From NCBI RefSeq assembly GCF_036365525.1, contig NC_090414.1:21103846-21167845 (forward strand): a stretch of DNA of 64,000 nt. The letters run 5' to 3'. Origin of the DNA: Heterodontus francisci (lineage: Eukaryota). The notes beneath the pieces were generated by a model. The model had not been told where the DNA came from and did not search any database. It saw only the letters and a program-made list of their open reading frames with translations. Positions 25,080 through 37,700 of the stretch are shown one piece after another; the first letter of the stretch is position 1, and each line of letters opens with the position of its first letter. A program made the position numbers and the translations under genes.

Positions 25080-25660
25080 ACCCTACTGGGTCTATTTTAT
25101 AGGCCTGCGAAGAGTGTGTGTGTGTGTGTGTGTGAGATGCGTTCAGGAGAATTTCATTGATCGGTATGTCCTCGGTCCCAAGTAGAAAGGAGGCGTTGCT
25201 GGAATGAGGTGGGAGAATTGGACCAAGTGTCTGTGGGGGGAAGCACTTGGGCAAGAGCGATCATAACATCTAGACTCGTAATGCAGAAAAGCAGGGAACG
25301 ATACAAGGTGGATGGTCTAGATTGGAAAAGGGCTCATTTCAACGTGATGAGAAGGGATCTAGTCAGGATAAAATGGAACCAAAGACCAACAGGAAAAGCT
25401 GTCTCGGAAAAATGGGTGACCTTCCAGGAAGAGATGCTGCGGGTACAGGCTCGGTACATTTCAACAAGGACGAAAGGGAAGGGGAACCAAAAGCAGGGCT
25501 CCTTGGGTGACGAGGGAGATAAAGAATATGATGAAACAAGAAAAAAATGATGCATGTCAGGTGAATTCTTCAAGTGAGAACCAGGCAATATACAATAAGT
25601 TGACAGGGGAGGTGAAGAGGAAAATAAGACTGGCAAAGAAAGAATATCAATGGATAGGGT
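25080..25660 (+). mobile_element. CR1 LINE fragment (endonuclease C-terminus and linker)
   Basis: LDWKRAHFNVMRRDLVRIKW...KWVTFQEEMLRVQARYI. Confidence 0.65.
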
Positions 25661-27060
25661 GAGAATTGAGAGGCAGGAGGTTGGAAGGAAATAGACTTGC
25701 GGGGCGACAGGGATCAAGCAGGGGAGTGGGCTGATCGGATTGCTTCACACAGAACCAGCATGGAGAGGTCAGACAAAGGGGGTGGGGGCAGGGAGTGGCC
25801 TCGGTTCTATCTACATCCAAAAGACGGCACCTCCGACAGTGCGGCACTCCCTCAGCAGTGGCACTGGGAGCGCCGGCCTGGATTTTGTGCTCAAGTCCCT
25901 GGGGTGGGACCCGAAGCCACAACCTTCTGCCTTCAGGAGGCGAGAGAGCTACAAAGTGAGTCACGGGATGTGCAATGCAAGGAGATAGCTGGTCGAGCAA
26001 CAGCAAAGGAAAGAAAGAAAAAAAAAAATCTCTTCTTAAATCATTGCGAAATTTTATTGTAATCTCACTGGTACAGCAAATCTTCAGATGTGATTGAACA
26101 GAACACATCAGAGAATCACAACCTCATGTCCCAGTTCAATTATGCTAAATCACTCCAGTGTCAAATAAATTGAGACAAATGAAAGGGGGACCGAAAGGAG
26201 CATGAGCTTTTTGGGGAGGTTCAGTTGGAGGAGGGGCAGTTTGAGCTGCCGTTTGCACGGATACCTTGCGGCAAAGTTTATTTTCAAGAGGGAAGGTGTT
26301 GTTGGCATGCACCATTCAGTCTCCAAGTTTGCCGTTTGTTTCAGAGAAAGCTTCACAACCTCAGGAACGTGTTACTGCCAACGTTCTGAAGTCTGGTCAC
26401 TGCTGTTTTTTTGTAGGAAAACGCAGCAGCCCACGCGCCCCACTGCAAGTGGTACTCAAAAGCAGGGCGAGGGGGCCTCCAGCCAATGGCAGAGAGCCTT
26501 GCTTTGCTTGGCTTTGGTCAAATGGGAAAGCGCTGCTCATTGGTCCCGTGAAGCCCCTGGGTCGCAGAGGTCACGGGTGAGGTTTCTGGACTCTTGAGCC
26601 CACAGCCTCTGGGTGACCTGGTCCCGAAATTCCCTGGTTGGAGTGAGAAGGAAACGTGGGGGTTGCCAACCCCTCCAGGATTGCCCTGGCACCTCCAGCA
26701 ATCGAGAGGTTAATCTCCGGGGTGAACAAAAACCCAGGCAGTTTTGGGGGCGGGGGGGGGTTGAAGGGAGTGGTCATGTGATAAAGCCTCCAGGACTAGG
26801 CCCAGCCAGAGCTGGCAACTGGAGAACTGTGCGTCCTGTTGAAAATCAAACACAAAGGAAACATTCATCTGCAGAGCAGGCCTGGCTGATGACGACTGTG
26901 AGACAAAAGGCCGCAGCAGGGGTTAGCAGTCGGTCAACGGGCCTGCTCTGGTTAGTTTGGTTAAATTTGCCTCATTAACCCGACGAGACGCAATTTTCTG
27001 GAACATTCCAGTCACCGGCTTCAAATCTGATCAACAACGCGCGTCTGGAACCGGGTGAAT

Positions 27061-27214
27061 TCAAAGGTTGGCGACAGGCGGCTCCTTCAAGTTGCGGCCC
27101 GTCCCGGCGATTGGCCGATCTCTCTCCTCCCACAGGGTCACACCGTCGCACGAGCAGATCTTTTTCGGATTCTGGAAGAGTCCAGCGGAGCGAGCTATAA
27201 TTCCGCAGGCCAAA
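27061..27214 (-). CDS. CCS: Copper chaperone for SOD1, exon 8
   Basis: [51 protein letters not shown]; CXC motif. Confidence 0.95.
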
Positions 27215-27866
27215 CTTGGTGGGGGGGTGGGGGGGGGGAAAGCAAGGATCTGAGATCAGGCACAGCATGTGTTACATACAGAGTAAAGCTCCCTCTACAC
27301 TGTCCCCATCAAAAAACACACACACAGCCCCATATCCAGAACTGGAGAATAATGGGGGTAAACTGCAGGAATACATAATGAGGGCAGGTCTCATGGGCTA
27401 TGCTCGTGCTCCCACCGCACCCCCACCCCCCCAAAAAAAAACAGGTTTAACATTTCGTCTGAAAGACGGCACCTGTGACAGTGCAGCACTCCCTCGGTAC
27501 TGCACTGGGAGCGTCCGCCTGAACTATACGCTCAGCAACATAAGATGCATTTTTTATACAATTTCAAGCCTTATGAAGCATCTGCTAAGGTTCTGCATTT
27601 AAACCCGACTGTGTCCTCCCCTCGAAGCAGGATTGCAGGATCTTGTAGTACGGATGCACCCTCCCTCCTCCGTCCCACCTCGGCTCTCCCCTCGCTCTAT
27701 AAAATGAGAGGGTAGTACAGTTCCCCTCACTTGGTCTATAGCTCGGCTCTCCGAGGGGCATCAAGCAGCCGAAGGCCTGGCATACGGTGCCCGTCGGCCG
27801 CCAGCCAGCCACCAGGGATGCCCGCCGCACGCGTGTCGGTCCGAGCTGGTTCGCCCGCTAACCTAC

Positions 27867-27970
27867 CGGTCTCCAGAGTTGCCTGTAATCTGGGACAGTG
27901 GGTGGGCTCCTTTGCCCAAGTCGTCCTCGTTACTGTCAACCACCACCGACCGGCCTATGATGTCCCAGAC
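27867..27970 (-). CDS. CCS: CCS exon 7
   Basis: VWDIIGRSVVVDSNEDDLGKGAHPLSQITGNSGDR; 104 nt, AG/GT. Confidence 0.95.
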
Positions 27971-28639
27971 CTGGGGAGGGAGGGACAAAGTTAGTGACAT
28001 GCAGCTCGTTACAAAGCATCTCCCCTGGGTCAACACCCCAGTGCCTCTGGAGCCGGCCATCAAGCCCCCTTTACCATTCTGCCCTCCCACATACCTGCAT
28101 GGTTCCACACCCAGTCTATTTGAATAGAGTCCAATTCACCTCTCGATGTGTGTGTGTGTGAGAGAGAAAGAAAGAGAGAGAGAGAGAGGGGGAAGAGATA
28201 AACGACCAATATCTCTTTCCTGATCAGTCTGCAGTGACTCCTGGAAAGAGTTTGCACGAACACTGGAGTGAAAATGAGAGCGAGAGTGTGCGCACGAGGG
28301 AGTAGCTGTTCAGAACAAAGTGAGACGCGGAAGCTATTAAAGGCAGTAAACGTGACAGTTTTACAGACGGTCCCTGTGATATGCTAGATTTAATTTAAAA
28401 CTGGTGGATCTCACACCCATTAATCACACGGAGACAGAGGATGTGCTGTTTTATACAGGCTGGACTTTTGTACCCAGAAACAGCGTAACAATCTGAAGGA
28501 GGAGAATCTCCCCCCATCTGACTACTGACAAGGTGTTCTGGCTTTCTCCACATCCAGTGACCCTGAATTCACATCACAGAAACATTGAGTCCACGCTGGT
28601 TCTCTGCGGAGCAATCCGGGCAGCCCATTCTCCTGCTTG

Positions 28640-29160
28640 ATCCCTGTCGCCCTGCTTTCCTGCATTACGAGTCTAGATGTTATGATCGCTCTTGCCCAAG
28701 TGCTTCCCCCACAGACACTTGGTCCAATTCTCCCATCTCATTCCAGCAACGCCTCCTTTCTACCTGGGACCGAGAACATACCGATCAATGAAGTTCTCCT
28801 GAACACATTTTAGAAATTCCTCCCCCTCCTCTCTCTTCAATATTATCCCAATCGATATTTGGGTAATTCAAGTCCCCCAATATCACCACTCTATAGTTCT
28901 TGCCTTCCCGAATCAGCACTGCCAACCCACCTCCTTTTTTCCCTTCTCTAACTTTTCGGCACGCTTTATTTCCTTGTATATTAAGAGCCCAGTCCTTTCC
29001 ATTTGTAAGCCACGTTTCCATTATCGCCACTACATCATATTCCCACACGGCTATTTGTGCTTGTAACTCACCAGCCTCATTCACCACACTGTGTGCGTTT
29101 ACACACATGTATTGTAACCCTGTCTTTGCATTTCTTGTGCTCCTTCTCAGCCCACTCCTA
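28640..29160 (-). mobile_element. CR1 LINE endonuclease fragment
   Basis: YDVVAIMETWL...GGGLAVLI...VVILGDLNYPNIDW. Confidence 0.75.
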
Positions 29161-29173
29161 TCTCGTACAGACT

Positions 29174-29558
29174 GGGAGGAGGATCTCCTCGTCGGTCTGC
29201 TCCTGGGCCTGGCCAAGGTGGCAATTCACAGGTCCAGGCTGCGGGCCGTCGGGGGGTCTGTCCACCCTGATTGCCTGCCCCTCTTCCGCGGTTACATTCA
29301 CGCCTGGGTGTCCCCGGAGAAGGAGCATGCGGTGCCCGCCGGTACGCTTGAGGCCTTCCGCGACCGGTGGGCACCGCAGGGATTGGAGTGCATTGTTGAC
29401 GCCGAGAATGGCATTTTAATTTGAGGTTTGTTTTATTTTTTCAATTTTAATAAAGTTATTTTGTAAAATGTATATCAGGGGGACCTGAGGAATAAAGGCC
29501 CCCTCGACATAAAATACATAAAAGGGGCCTGGGGTATAAAGGCCACCTTAAAAAAAAA
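29174..29558 (+). mobile_element. 5'-truncated Tx1 copy (~0.39 kb)
   Basis: Matches ORF2 end EEDLLVGLLLGLAKVAIH...ENGILI, 3'UTR and poly(A); followed by tggggttagatacagagtaa. Confidence 0.93.
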
Positions 29559-31240
29559 TGGGGTTAGATACAGAGTAAGGATCCCATAAAAATGACACAA
29601 AGTGTAGCGGAAATCTGGAATTCTCTTTCCCAACTGAAGTGTTCAAGATTGAGATCAATAGATTTTTATTGAGTAAAGGGTTTTTAAGGAATATGGAGCC
29701 AATCTGGGTCGGGTTAGAATACAGATCAGCCACTGAATGCACAGCAGGGTCGAGGGGCTGAATGGCCTCCTCCTGGACGTGCTTGCGGGCGGATAAGGAT
29801 CCAACCGAGGACTTGGAATTATAAGAGTGAGAATCAACGCGGAATGGCTTTCATCAGATATCCGTTCGGAGTGGGGGAAAAAACCTGGATGAATTCCCCC
29901 CCTCACTACCCGAAGGCGGTGGGCAAGCCTACTTGTATCATTAAACCACCGTCCCAAATCCGATCCGCTCGGTCAGTAGGGGGCTGAAGCGTAAGGCGCA
30001 GTCGGAGACGGACAGGCAGCTAGCTCACTGATCTAATGTCACAGCCACTTGCAGGTAAAATTCGCAAAGCTGTCCTGAAACATGCGAAATCGACAGGCAG
30101 GAAATGACCCAGCTCAACCATCAAGCCCTGCCCTACGCTCGCCATTTGCGCAGCGTCAGGTCTAAACATTTCCTCCCTCCCGTTCCTCTCCCCACCCCCT
30201 CCCCTCCCCTCCCCTCGGCTCCGTCCTACTGCCATGCAATCTCCTGGAAGAGGCAAAGAACCAGAGGAAAACCCCAGGAACAATAAGGAGAACATTACTG
30301 GATCAAGTGTGACCTATACAGACACTTCCCTTCCGGAAGACACCATCTCTGGCTCCCTCGGAGAGTCAGCACGGATTTCAAAGTGCTCTCTTCTCGGGGA
30401 AACCATCCAACTTCCAGTCTATTGCTGCTCTTAAATAGTTTACACACATGTCCCTGGTCCTCTCTGATCTCTCAATGGACCCGCTACCCAGCATTTTAAT
30501 TATTTTATCGACCTCGATTAGGTCATCTCCACGCTACTGTGAAGTAAACAGAAGGAGGTCATAACAAGATAAGAAATAGCAGCAGGAAGAGGCCATTCGG
30601 CCCATCAAGCCTGCTCCACCATTCAATACGACCATGGCTGATCCTTGGCCTCGACTCCACTCCAAGGCAAGTGCATCCTTCCTTAAAGATGGAGACCAAA
30701 ACTGCGCACAGGGCTCCAGGTGTAGTCTCACCAAAGCCCTGTACAATTGTAGCAAGACTTACTGAAGTCATGTATTCCAATCGCCTTGCAATAAAGGCCA
30801 ACATGGTTGGTTCTTAAGCATACCTGAGTAACTAAGTTCCTTTAAGCTAGGAATCGTTTTTGCAGCTTTTCTCGGGGCATTTTCCAAGACGACTTTCTTG
30901 TGTGTGGGGACCAAAATTGGGCCAGCACGCTAGATGTGGTCCAACCAATGAGACCGTGGGAGCTGCACCTGAGAGGGCCGACAGGGTTGAATGTCTCACC
31001 CGGAAGGGTGGCACTGCCGACACTGCAGCACTCCCTCAGTACTGGCACTGGGAGTGTCGGCCTGGATTTTGTGCTCAAGTCTCTGGAGTGGGGGTCAAAC
31101 CCGCGACCTTCTGGCTCAGAGGTGAGTGTGCAATCGCTGTTAGCATTGTCCCTGAACCTTTGATGGGAGGGTTTCAGGAGGACCTCGGAGCGGACACTTC
31201 CCCACCACCACCCCTCCCCCCGCGACTGCCGCTGTCCTAC

Positions 31241-31318
31241 CTTGAGACGGTCATCCTGGATTCGGAAGTTGGCCCTCCCATCTTCATTGGCTTGGATGTT
31301 TCCCAGGTCACCAACGTG
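31241..31318 (-). CDS. CCS: CCS exon 6
   Basis: HVGDLGNIQANEDGRANFRIQDDRLK; 78 nt, AG/GT. Confidence 0.95.
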
Positions 31319-31789
31319 CTGGAAGAGAGGCAACAATAAGGACACTTCGAGGGACAGGATTCCTCAAGGATTGGGAAACAGATGGAGAAAAGGTGAGGAA
31401 AAAAAAGTAGGCATTAAGCGATGCCAAGCTTGAGGTTGGAGGAGGAGGTGGACCTGGGAGGGGGCAATAGTTCCAGGCGTGGACAGCCCTGGGAGTGAGT
31501 GAGGTAGAGGAGAAAGAGCGATATGAGGGGGAAGGCAGAGCGTGAAGGATGGGGGATTTGAAGAAGCTCCGAGTGGGAAGGAGGGGATCAATACAGAAAA
31601 CCTGCAGCAGACAGAAGAACCAACCAACACCTAATCAGTGGCTGCTGTGTAGACTGCAGCACTTCACACATAATGCACACATCAACACAGGAACCCTGAG
31701 GATGTACAATATAGTACGATGAAACTACACACCAACTCATCTCCTGTCCAAAGGTCATCTGTGTAGAGTGAGATGAAGGACAGGTAACC

Positions 31790-32305
31790 CCAGGTACAGT
31801 ACGGGGGTTAGATACAGAGTAAAGCTCCCTCTACACTGCCCCCATCAAACACTCCCAGGACAGGTACAGTACGGGGGTTAGATACAGAGTAAAGCTCCCT
31901 CTACACTGTCCCCATCAAACACTCCCAGGACAGGTACAGTACGGGGGTTAGATACAGAGTAAAGCTCCCTCTACACTGTCCCCATCAAACACTCCCAGGA
32001 CAGGTACAGCACGGGGGTTAGATACAGAGTAAAGCTCCCTCTACACTGTCCACATCAAACACTCCCAGGACAGGTACAGCACGGGGTTAGATACAGAGTA
32101 AAGCTCCCTCTACACTGTCCCCCATCAAACACTCCCAGGACAGGTACAGCACGGGGGTTAGATACAGAGTAAAGCTCCCTCTACACTGTCCCCCATCAAA
32201 CACTCCCAGGACAGGTACAGCACGGGGTTAGATACAGAGTAAAGCTCCCTCTACACTGTCCCCATCAAACACTCCCAGGACAGGTACAGCACGGGGTTAG
32301 ATACC
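31790..32305 (+). repeat. ~69-bp target minisatellite, about 7.5 units, CCS intron 5
   Basis: Same unit as 1384-1748, no insertion. Confidence 0.95.
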
Positions 32306-32587
32306 CACCTGAATAATGCGTTTGGGATCCAACTGGAGAGTGATACTTTCCTGTATCTTATACCTGCCGTCCAACTGCCTTTCTGAGTGAGATTACCGAA
32401 TTGGAAGGTATTTATTTTGTGGGGAGATCCGATCCTCTGTGACATGGGAAGAGATTGCCCCCAATTATTTATAGCCTCCTGGGCTCCCTGTTGAGGAGAA
32501 CTGTTGAAACATCCCTCGGACATACTGTGCGAGTCACCCTCACTGCAACTCCCTGGGTGGGCACGGAGCAACACAGACCTCACTTAC

Positions 32588-32648
32588 CCGGTCTACATCC
32601 TGCGGACCGCCGTGCCTGTTTTTTCCTGGATTGTAGTGGTTGCCACAG
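32588..32648 (-). CDS. CCS: CCS exon 5
   Basis: SCGNHYNPGKNRHGGPQDVDR; 61 nt, gtaag donor. Confidence 0.93.
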
Positions 32649-33548
32649 CTGTGGAGGAATCACATGCAAACATTAATCTGCAGCGAGGATGTCACAAAGG
32701 GTGGCTCAACGGTTACGTCCCTTGCCTCTGATTCACGAAGGCCGTGGGTTCGAATCCCACTCCCACTCGCTTCCGGGCTGGCGCTCCCAGTGCCGCACTG
32801 TCGGAGGTGCCGTCTTTTGGACGAGACTAAAACCGAGGCCCCGTTTTCCTTCTCAAGGACGTAAAAGATCCCTTTGGAAGGAGAGCCCCTCCCCGGAGTT
32901 CTGGCCAATATTTATTCCTCAACTAACAACACTTAAATGAAAAAAAAACCCAGATGATCTGGTCACTGCAGTTTATGGGATCTTGCTGTGTACAGTTTGG
33001 CCGCTGCCAGTGGGATAACTGGCTTGTGCACAACGGTGCCACTTTCCAAAACCATTCTGGAACTGGAGATATGTCGCCAATGAAAGGAGCCACAAAACTG
33101 TTGGATTGTCCTAAAAAAATACCCGACCGGCCCCAGCCTGTATGTGACTCCCGTCACACGCCAATGTGGTTGACTCTGAAACGGTTGAGCAAGCAGCTCA
33201 GTTGTCTCCAACCACTTAACAGCACTTTCGACTCACGGGCTGTAGCGGTTCAAGCAGGTAGCTTCCCCACCTCAAGGGGCAATTATTGGATGGGCAACAA
33301 ATGCTGGGCCTTGCCAGCAGTGCTTGTATCCTAAGAACGAGCGAAGAAGAAAATTGGGTTTGGTTGTGATTCCTACCGTGGCCAAATAGCCAGCCGGTGT
33401 CAAGTGCCCAGACTTGGGAATCAGATGGCGCAGCAAAAGTCGGGAACCGGGGACGGGAGAAAAAAGCTGGGCCCCCAACTTTGCTGCCCGTCACCTGTGG
33501 AATCCACCTCAGTATCTCCCTCACACACATTCACGGGCGACACACTAC

Positions 33549-33726
33549 CTGAAGCAGGAACTGCTCAGGTCCCCAAACTCATGCACATGTAAACCGTGCA
33601 GGCCTGGTCTCAGACCGTCGATTGTCCCTTCGATGACACACTGCTTCTCTGACAGCTGCAGGAACCGCACTGCGCCCTTGATGTCACCCTCTGGGCCCAG
33701 CATCGCCACAGCAGCACCCAGGTCCT
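33549..33726 (-). CDS. CCS: CCS exon 4 (SOD-like domain)
   Basis: DLGAAVAMLGPEGDIKGAVRFLQLSEKQCVIEGTIDGLRPGLHGLHVHEFGDLSSSCF; 178 nt. Confidence 0.95.
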
Positions 33727-33753
33727 CTATGGAGAAATGGCACAAGGGCACAG

Positions 33754-34287
33754 GTTAGATACAGAGTAAAGCTCCCTCTACACTGTCCCATCAAACACTC
33801 CCAGGACAGGTACAGCATGGGGGTTAGATACAGAGTAAAGCTCCCTCTACACTGTCCCATCATAAACTCCCAGTGCAGGTACAGCATGGGGGTTAGATAC
33901 AGAGTAAAACTCCCTCTACACTGTCCCATCATAAACTCCCAGTGCAGGTACAGCATGGGGGTTAGATACAGAGTAAAACTCCCTCTACACTGTCCCATCA
34001 TAAACTCCCAGGGCAGGTACAGCACGGGTTACATACAGAATAAAGCTCCCTCTGCACTGTCCCATCATAAACTCCCAGGGCAGGTACAGCATGGGTTACA
34101 TATAGAGAAAAGCTCCCTCAAAAAAAACAAAAAAAAAAACGGGGTTAGATACAGAGTAAAGCTCCCTCCACACTGTCCCCATCAAACACTCACAGGACAG
34201 GTACAGCACGGGGGTTAGATACAGAGTAAAGCTCCCTCTACACTGTCCCCATCAAACACTCCCCAGGACAGGTACAGCACGGGGGTT
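33754..34287 (+). repeat. ~69-bp target minisatellite, about 8 units with variants, CCS intron 3
   Basis: Same unit; the array resumes at 41308-41365 after the Tx1 insertions. Confidence 0.93.
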
Positions 34288-34690
34288 GGCTGGCCGGGAG
34301 GAGGATCTCCTCGTCGGTCTGCTCCTGGGCCTGGCCAAGGTGGCAATTCACAGGTCCAGGTTGCGGGCCGTCGGGAGGTCCGTCCTCCCCGATTGCCTGC
34401 CCCTCTTCCGCGGTTACGTTCGCGCCCGGGTGGCCGTGGAGAAGGAGCATGCGGTGTCCGCCGGTACGTTTGAGGCTTTCCGCGACCGGTGGGCACCGCA
34501 GGGACTGGAGTGCATCGTCGACGCCGAGAATGGCATTTTAATTTGAGTTTTTTGTTTATTTATCTGGTTTTAATAAAGTTATTTTAAAACTGTAAATATG
34601 TACATAAAGGGGGCCTGAGGAATAAAGGCCCTCTCGATGTGAAAAATATAAAAGGGGCCTGGGGTATAAAGGCCACCTTTAAAAAAAAAA
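34288..34690 (+). mobile_element. 5'-truncated Tx1 copy (~0.40 kb)
   Basis: Preceded by cagcacgggggtt; ORF2 end, 3'UTR, poly(A) 34681-34690; followed by cggggtttag. Confidence 0.93.
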
Positions 34691-34717
34691 CGGGGTTTAG
34701 AAAAAAAAACGGGGGTT

Positions 34718-37700
34718 GGCTGCTGTCTAATTGGGGTGTTGACTGCTGATTGCAGCAACGAGCCTCAGCTGAGAGTGCTGGTGGCAGTTGGAGGTTGCTG
34801 AGGTGGAGAGAGGAGCTGGACTGAGCAAGGGAAAGCAGTTACAACCAAGCAGAGGGAAAGCTTCAACAACAATCACCATTAAAGAGAAGAGAGAGATATT
34901 TTTTGTTGGAAACAAGGCTTTGTCTGGAGGTGGGGGCTGAACACCAGTAATTTGCTTTACTTTGGACTGTTGTGGGACGAACAAGTGGCCGGAACAACAA
35001 GGGGTGGGGCTGCCAATTCAGCAGGAATCTGTGCTGCTGCACAAGCACACAGGAAAGCTCCCTCCCCACCCCAATTGCCAAGCCTGGGTCAGCTGAAGCT
35101 GCCCGGCTAAAGAGACGGAAGGGGATAGATAGTGCCTGGGCAGCTTCAGCTGACTCAGGTGAAGATACCTCCCTCAACCAGAAGATCGGAAGACCAAGTG
35201 CAAAGACTGTTTTAAGTGTACTGTGAGCACCACCTCCAGAAAGCAAGTCATCCCTTACCACATGTCTTTACCTCTCCTCTATTCCCTCAGCCTCTCCACT
35301 AACCTGTTGTTTGTTTTTTTTTTAATACATATCCAATATCTTTTGTGAATCTTTTGTTATTCGGTTTGCAAGCCCACAATTTGGGGTGGGTTTAGCTCTT
35401 GGATCCATGGCAAGCCCTTCAACCCCGGTGGCCGGGCCCTCTACAACCTATGCAGCTGCAGCCTCTGTGGCTGCCCACGTGGCCCCGTCACCCTTTAAAT
35501 TGCTAACATCCAGCCATGGGGTGAAGAGCTATCCCCACCCCAACATGTCTATTGAGGCCTGCGTAAAGGCAATGGCCGAGGTTGTCGGCCCCTCGGCCAT
35601 TGTTGCGGCCTCAAAGATGTATGGGAAGGCTGTGTTCTTTTTGAGGACCGAGCGGGTGGTGTCCCTGGCCCTGAGTAAAGGGATCACTGTGTGTGGGGGG
35701 GGTGGGGGACCTTCCTGCTGGTGGACCCTCTGGGGGCCACTGTGCAGCGGATAATGCTATCAAACGTCCCACCCTTCATTCCCAGTGAGCTCCTCCTCCC
35801 CCATCTGCACCATCTGGGGGAGGTGAGGTCGGGGATCACCCCAATCCCGCTCGGTCTTCGGGAGCACAGCCTCCAACATGTCTACTCCTTCCGCCGCCAG
35901 TTATTTATGCAGCTGGCGCGGGAGGACACGGCAGGCCAATTTAATGTGGAGTTCCAGGGGACGGCCTACCGTGTCTTCTGGACCTCAGGCGGGGCGCGGT
36001 GCCACGTCTGCAAGGGGGTGGGGCATGTTCGCAAGAACTGCCCCAACCTCCCGGCCGCCAGCTCCACCTCGGCGGCCCAGGTTGATGCCGCTGCACCTCC
36101 TCCCACTACCCCCACACATCCTACAGACACAGCTCAGTCGGTTCCGGAGGCTGTGGTTTTCACAGCCTCCAGCGGGGAGGGGAGTGCCCGTCCGAGTGGA
36201 AGGAAGACGCGGGGAAAAATAAACACTGAGAGGCGCGTCCCCTGGACACCATGACACAACCCGAGCCTGAGCTCAGCCCAAGGCCCGTTCTCACGGAATC
36301 CACCTGTCCCAGGGCTGGGCTCAGGCCCAGAGTAATGAAAAAGAAGGAGGGTGCGGAGGCCTCTGATGACATGGAGGTCTCTATGCCTCCGTGCCCTAGT
36401 GGGAAAAAAGAGGAGAAGGCACCCCTCCACTGAGGTAACGAGGGGCCCTGAGGTGCAGGGCCCATCTGTTGGAGGGGAGCTGTCTCCTGGTTCAGGTCCC
36501 CAGGTTCCCCCTACCGCCACCACCAAGGCTACAAAGTCTGGGCAGGAGCACCCTATTCCTCAGGATGGAGGGGAGGGGAAGACACCTGTACATGCAGCCC
36601 CTCTGGGGGAAGCCAGTGGAGCCCTGCTTGTGGTGGGGAAGCCTGGGGACGCCTCCCATTCTGCCACTGGGTCGGGTGCCCTGAGTGGAGGGGAGGGCGA
36701 GGCCCCAGATGGTCGGCCCTCCCAGCCAGAATCCACTCACAACCAGGAAACACCCGACCCGGTTATAACCGAGAATGCTGCCCCATCTGCTGGGCCTGTG
36801 GGTGCTGGCGGAGCGGGAGATGGCCTCCTCTCTCCGCCTCCAGTCTTGGCTCCGGCTGGATTTCCGGAGTCGGGCACTTCTGTCTCCCCTGGGCCGCTCA
36901 TTGGCCTGGGGACGGAGGTGGAGTGGGGTCCTGAACCGCTGGCGCCCACAGGCTCTAGTTTCACAGCAGAACCCAGAGAGGACTCCTCCGCCATCGATCC
37001 TGGGGGTGGGATCGTGACGAAGGCGGGACCAGCTGGCGCGGTCGGGAGTCCGCCCCACAGTGTGCGGTGGGCGTGTCGGCCGCTGGCAGTGACGACCCGG
37101 AGGAGGATGGGGATTCGGTGTGGGGCACGGAGGGTGATCTTGATTCCATCGCCAGTGGGGTGGTGGAGTCCCTCGTGCCTCCCGAGTCACCTCTAATCCC
37201 CACGGCGGAACTCCGGGATTTCCTCACGGCTTGCAGGGGTTGCCGCGATAAAGTTCAGCTGGCCGTCGGCCGTTGGTCGAATCTGGCGCTGATCATTCAG
37301 TCCGTCCGTGCCACCCTCAAGAAAGTGGGCAAGGGTGGGGGCGTGAAACTGGTTGAGAGGCGCCGTTTTAATGTGTTCCTCAATGGGTTGCTGGGGGAGT
37401 GGAGGGCCAGGTGCACTTCCACTCCCTCCTCACAGTGAGGTGTTGGTGACGGTTTTAAGTACCTTTGACAAGAAGATAACCATAGCCAGCCTCAACATCA
37501 ACGGCAGCAGAGGGGCTCACCGCAGATTTCACAATCTCTCAGTCCTTAGGGAAGGGAGATACGCGGTGAGCTTTCTGCAGGAAACCCACACCGGTCCGGG
37601 AGACGAAGCCACCTGGCTCCTGGAGTGGCAGGGTGGGGTCTACATGAGTCACCTCACCGCTATTTCTAGTGGGGTGGCTATCTTGTTGGCCCCGACTTTT

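Noticed and set aside
29770-30480. CpG-rich unique stretch in CCS intron 6, considered as a nested gene or hammerhead ribozyme
   Set aside because: No convincing ORF or splice pattern; CTGATGA on the minus strand lacks the matching stem and GAAA
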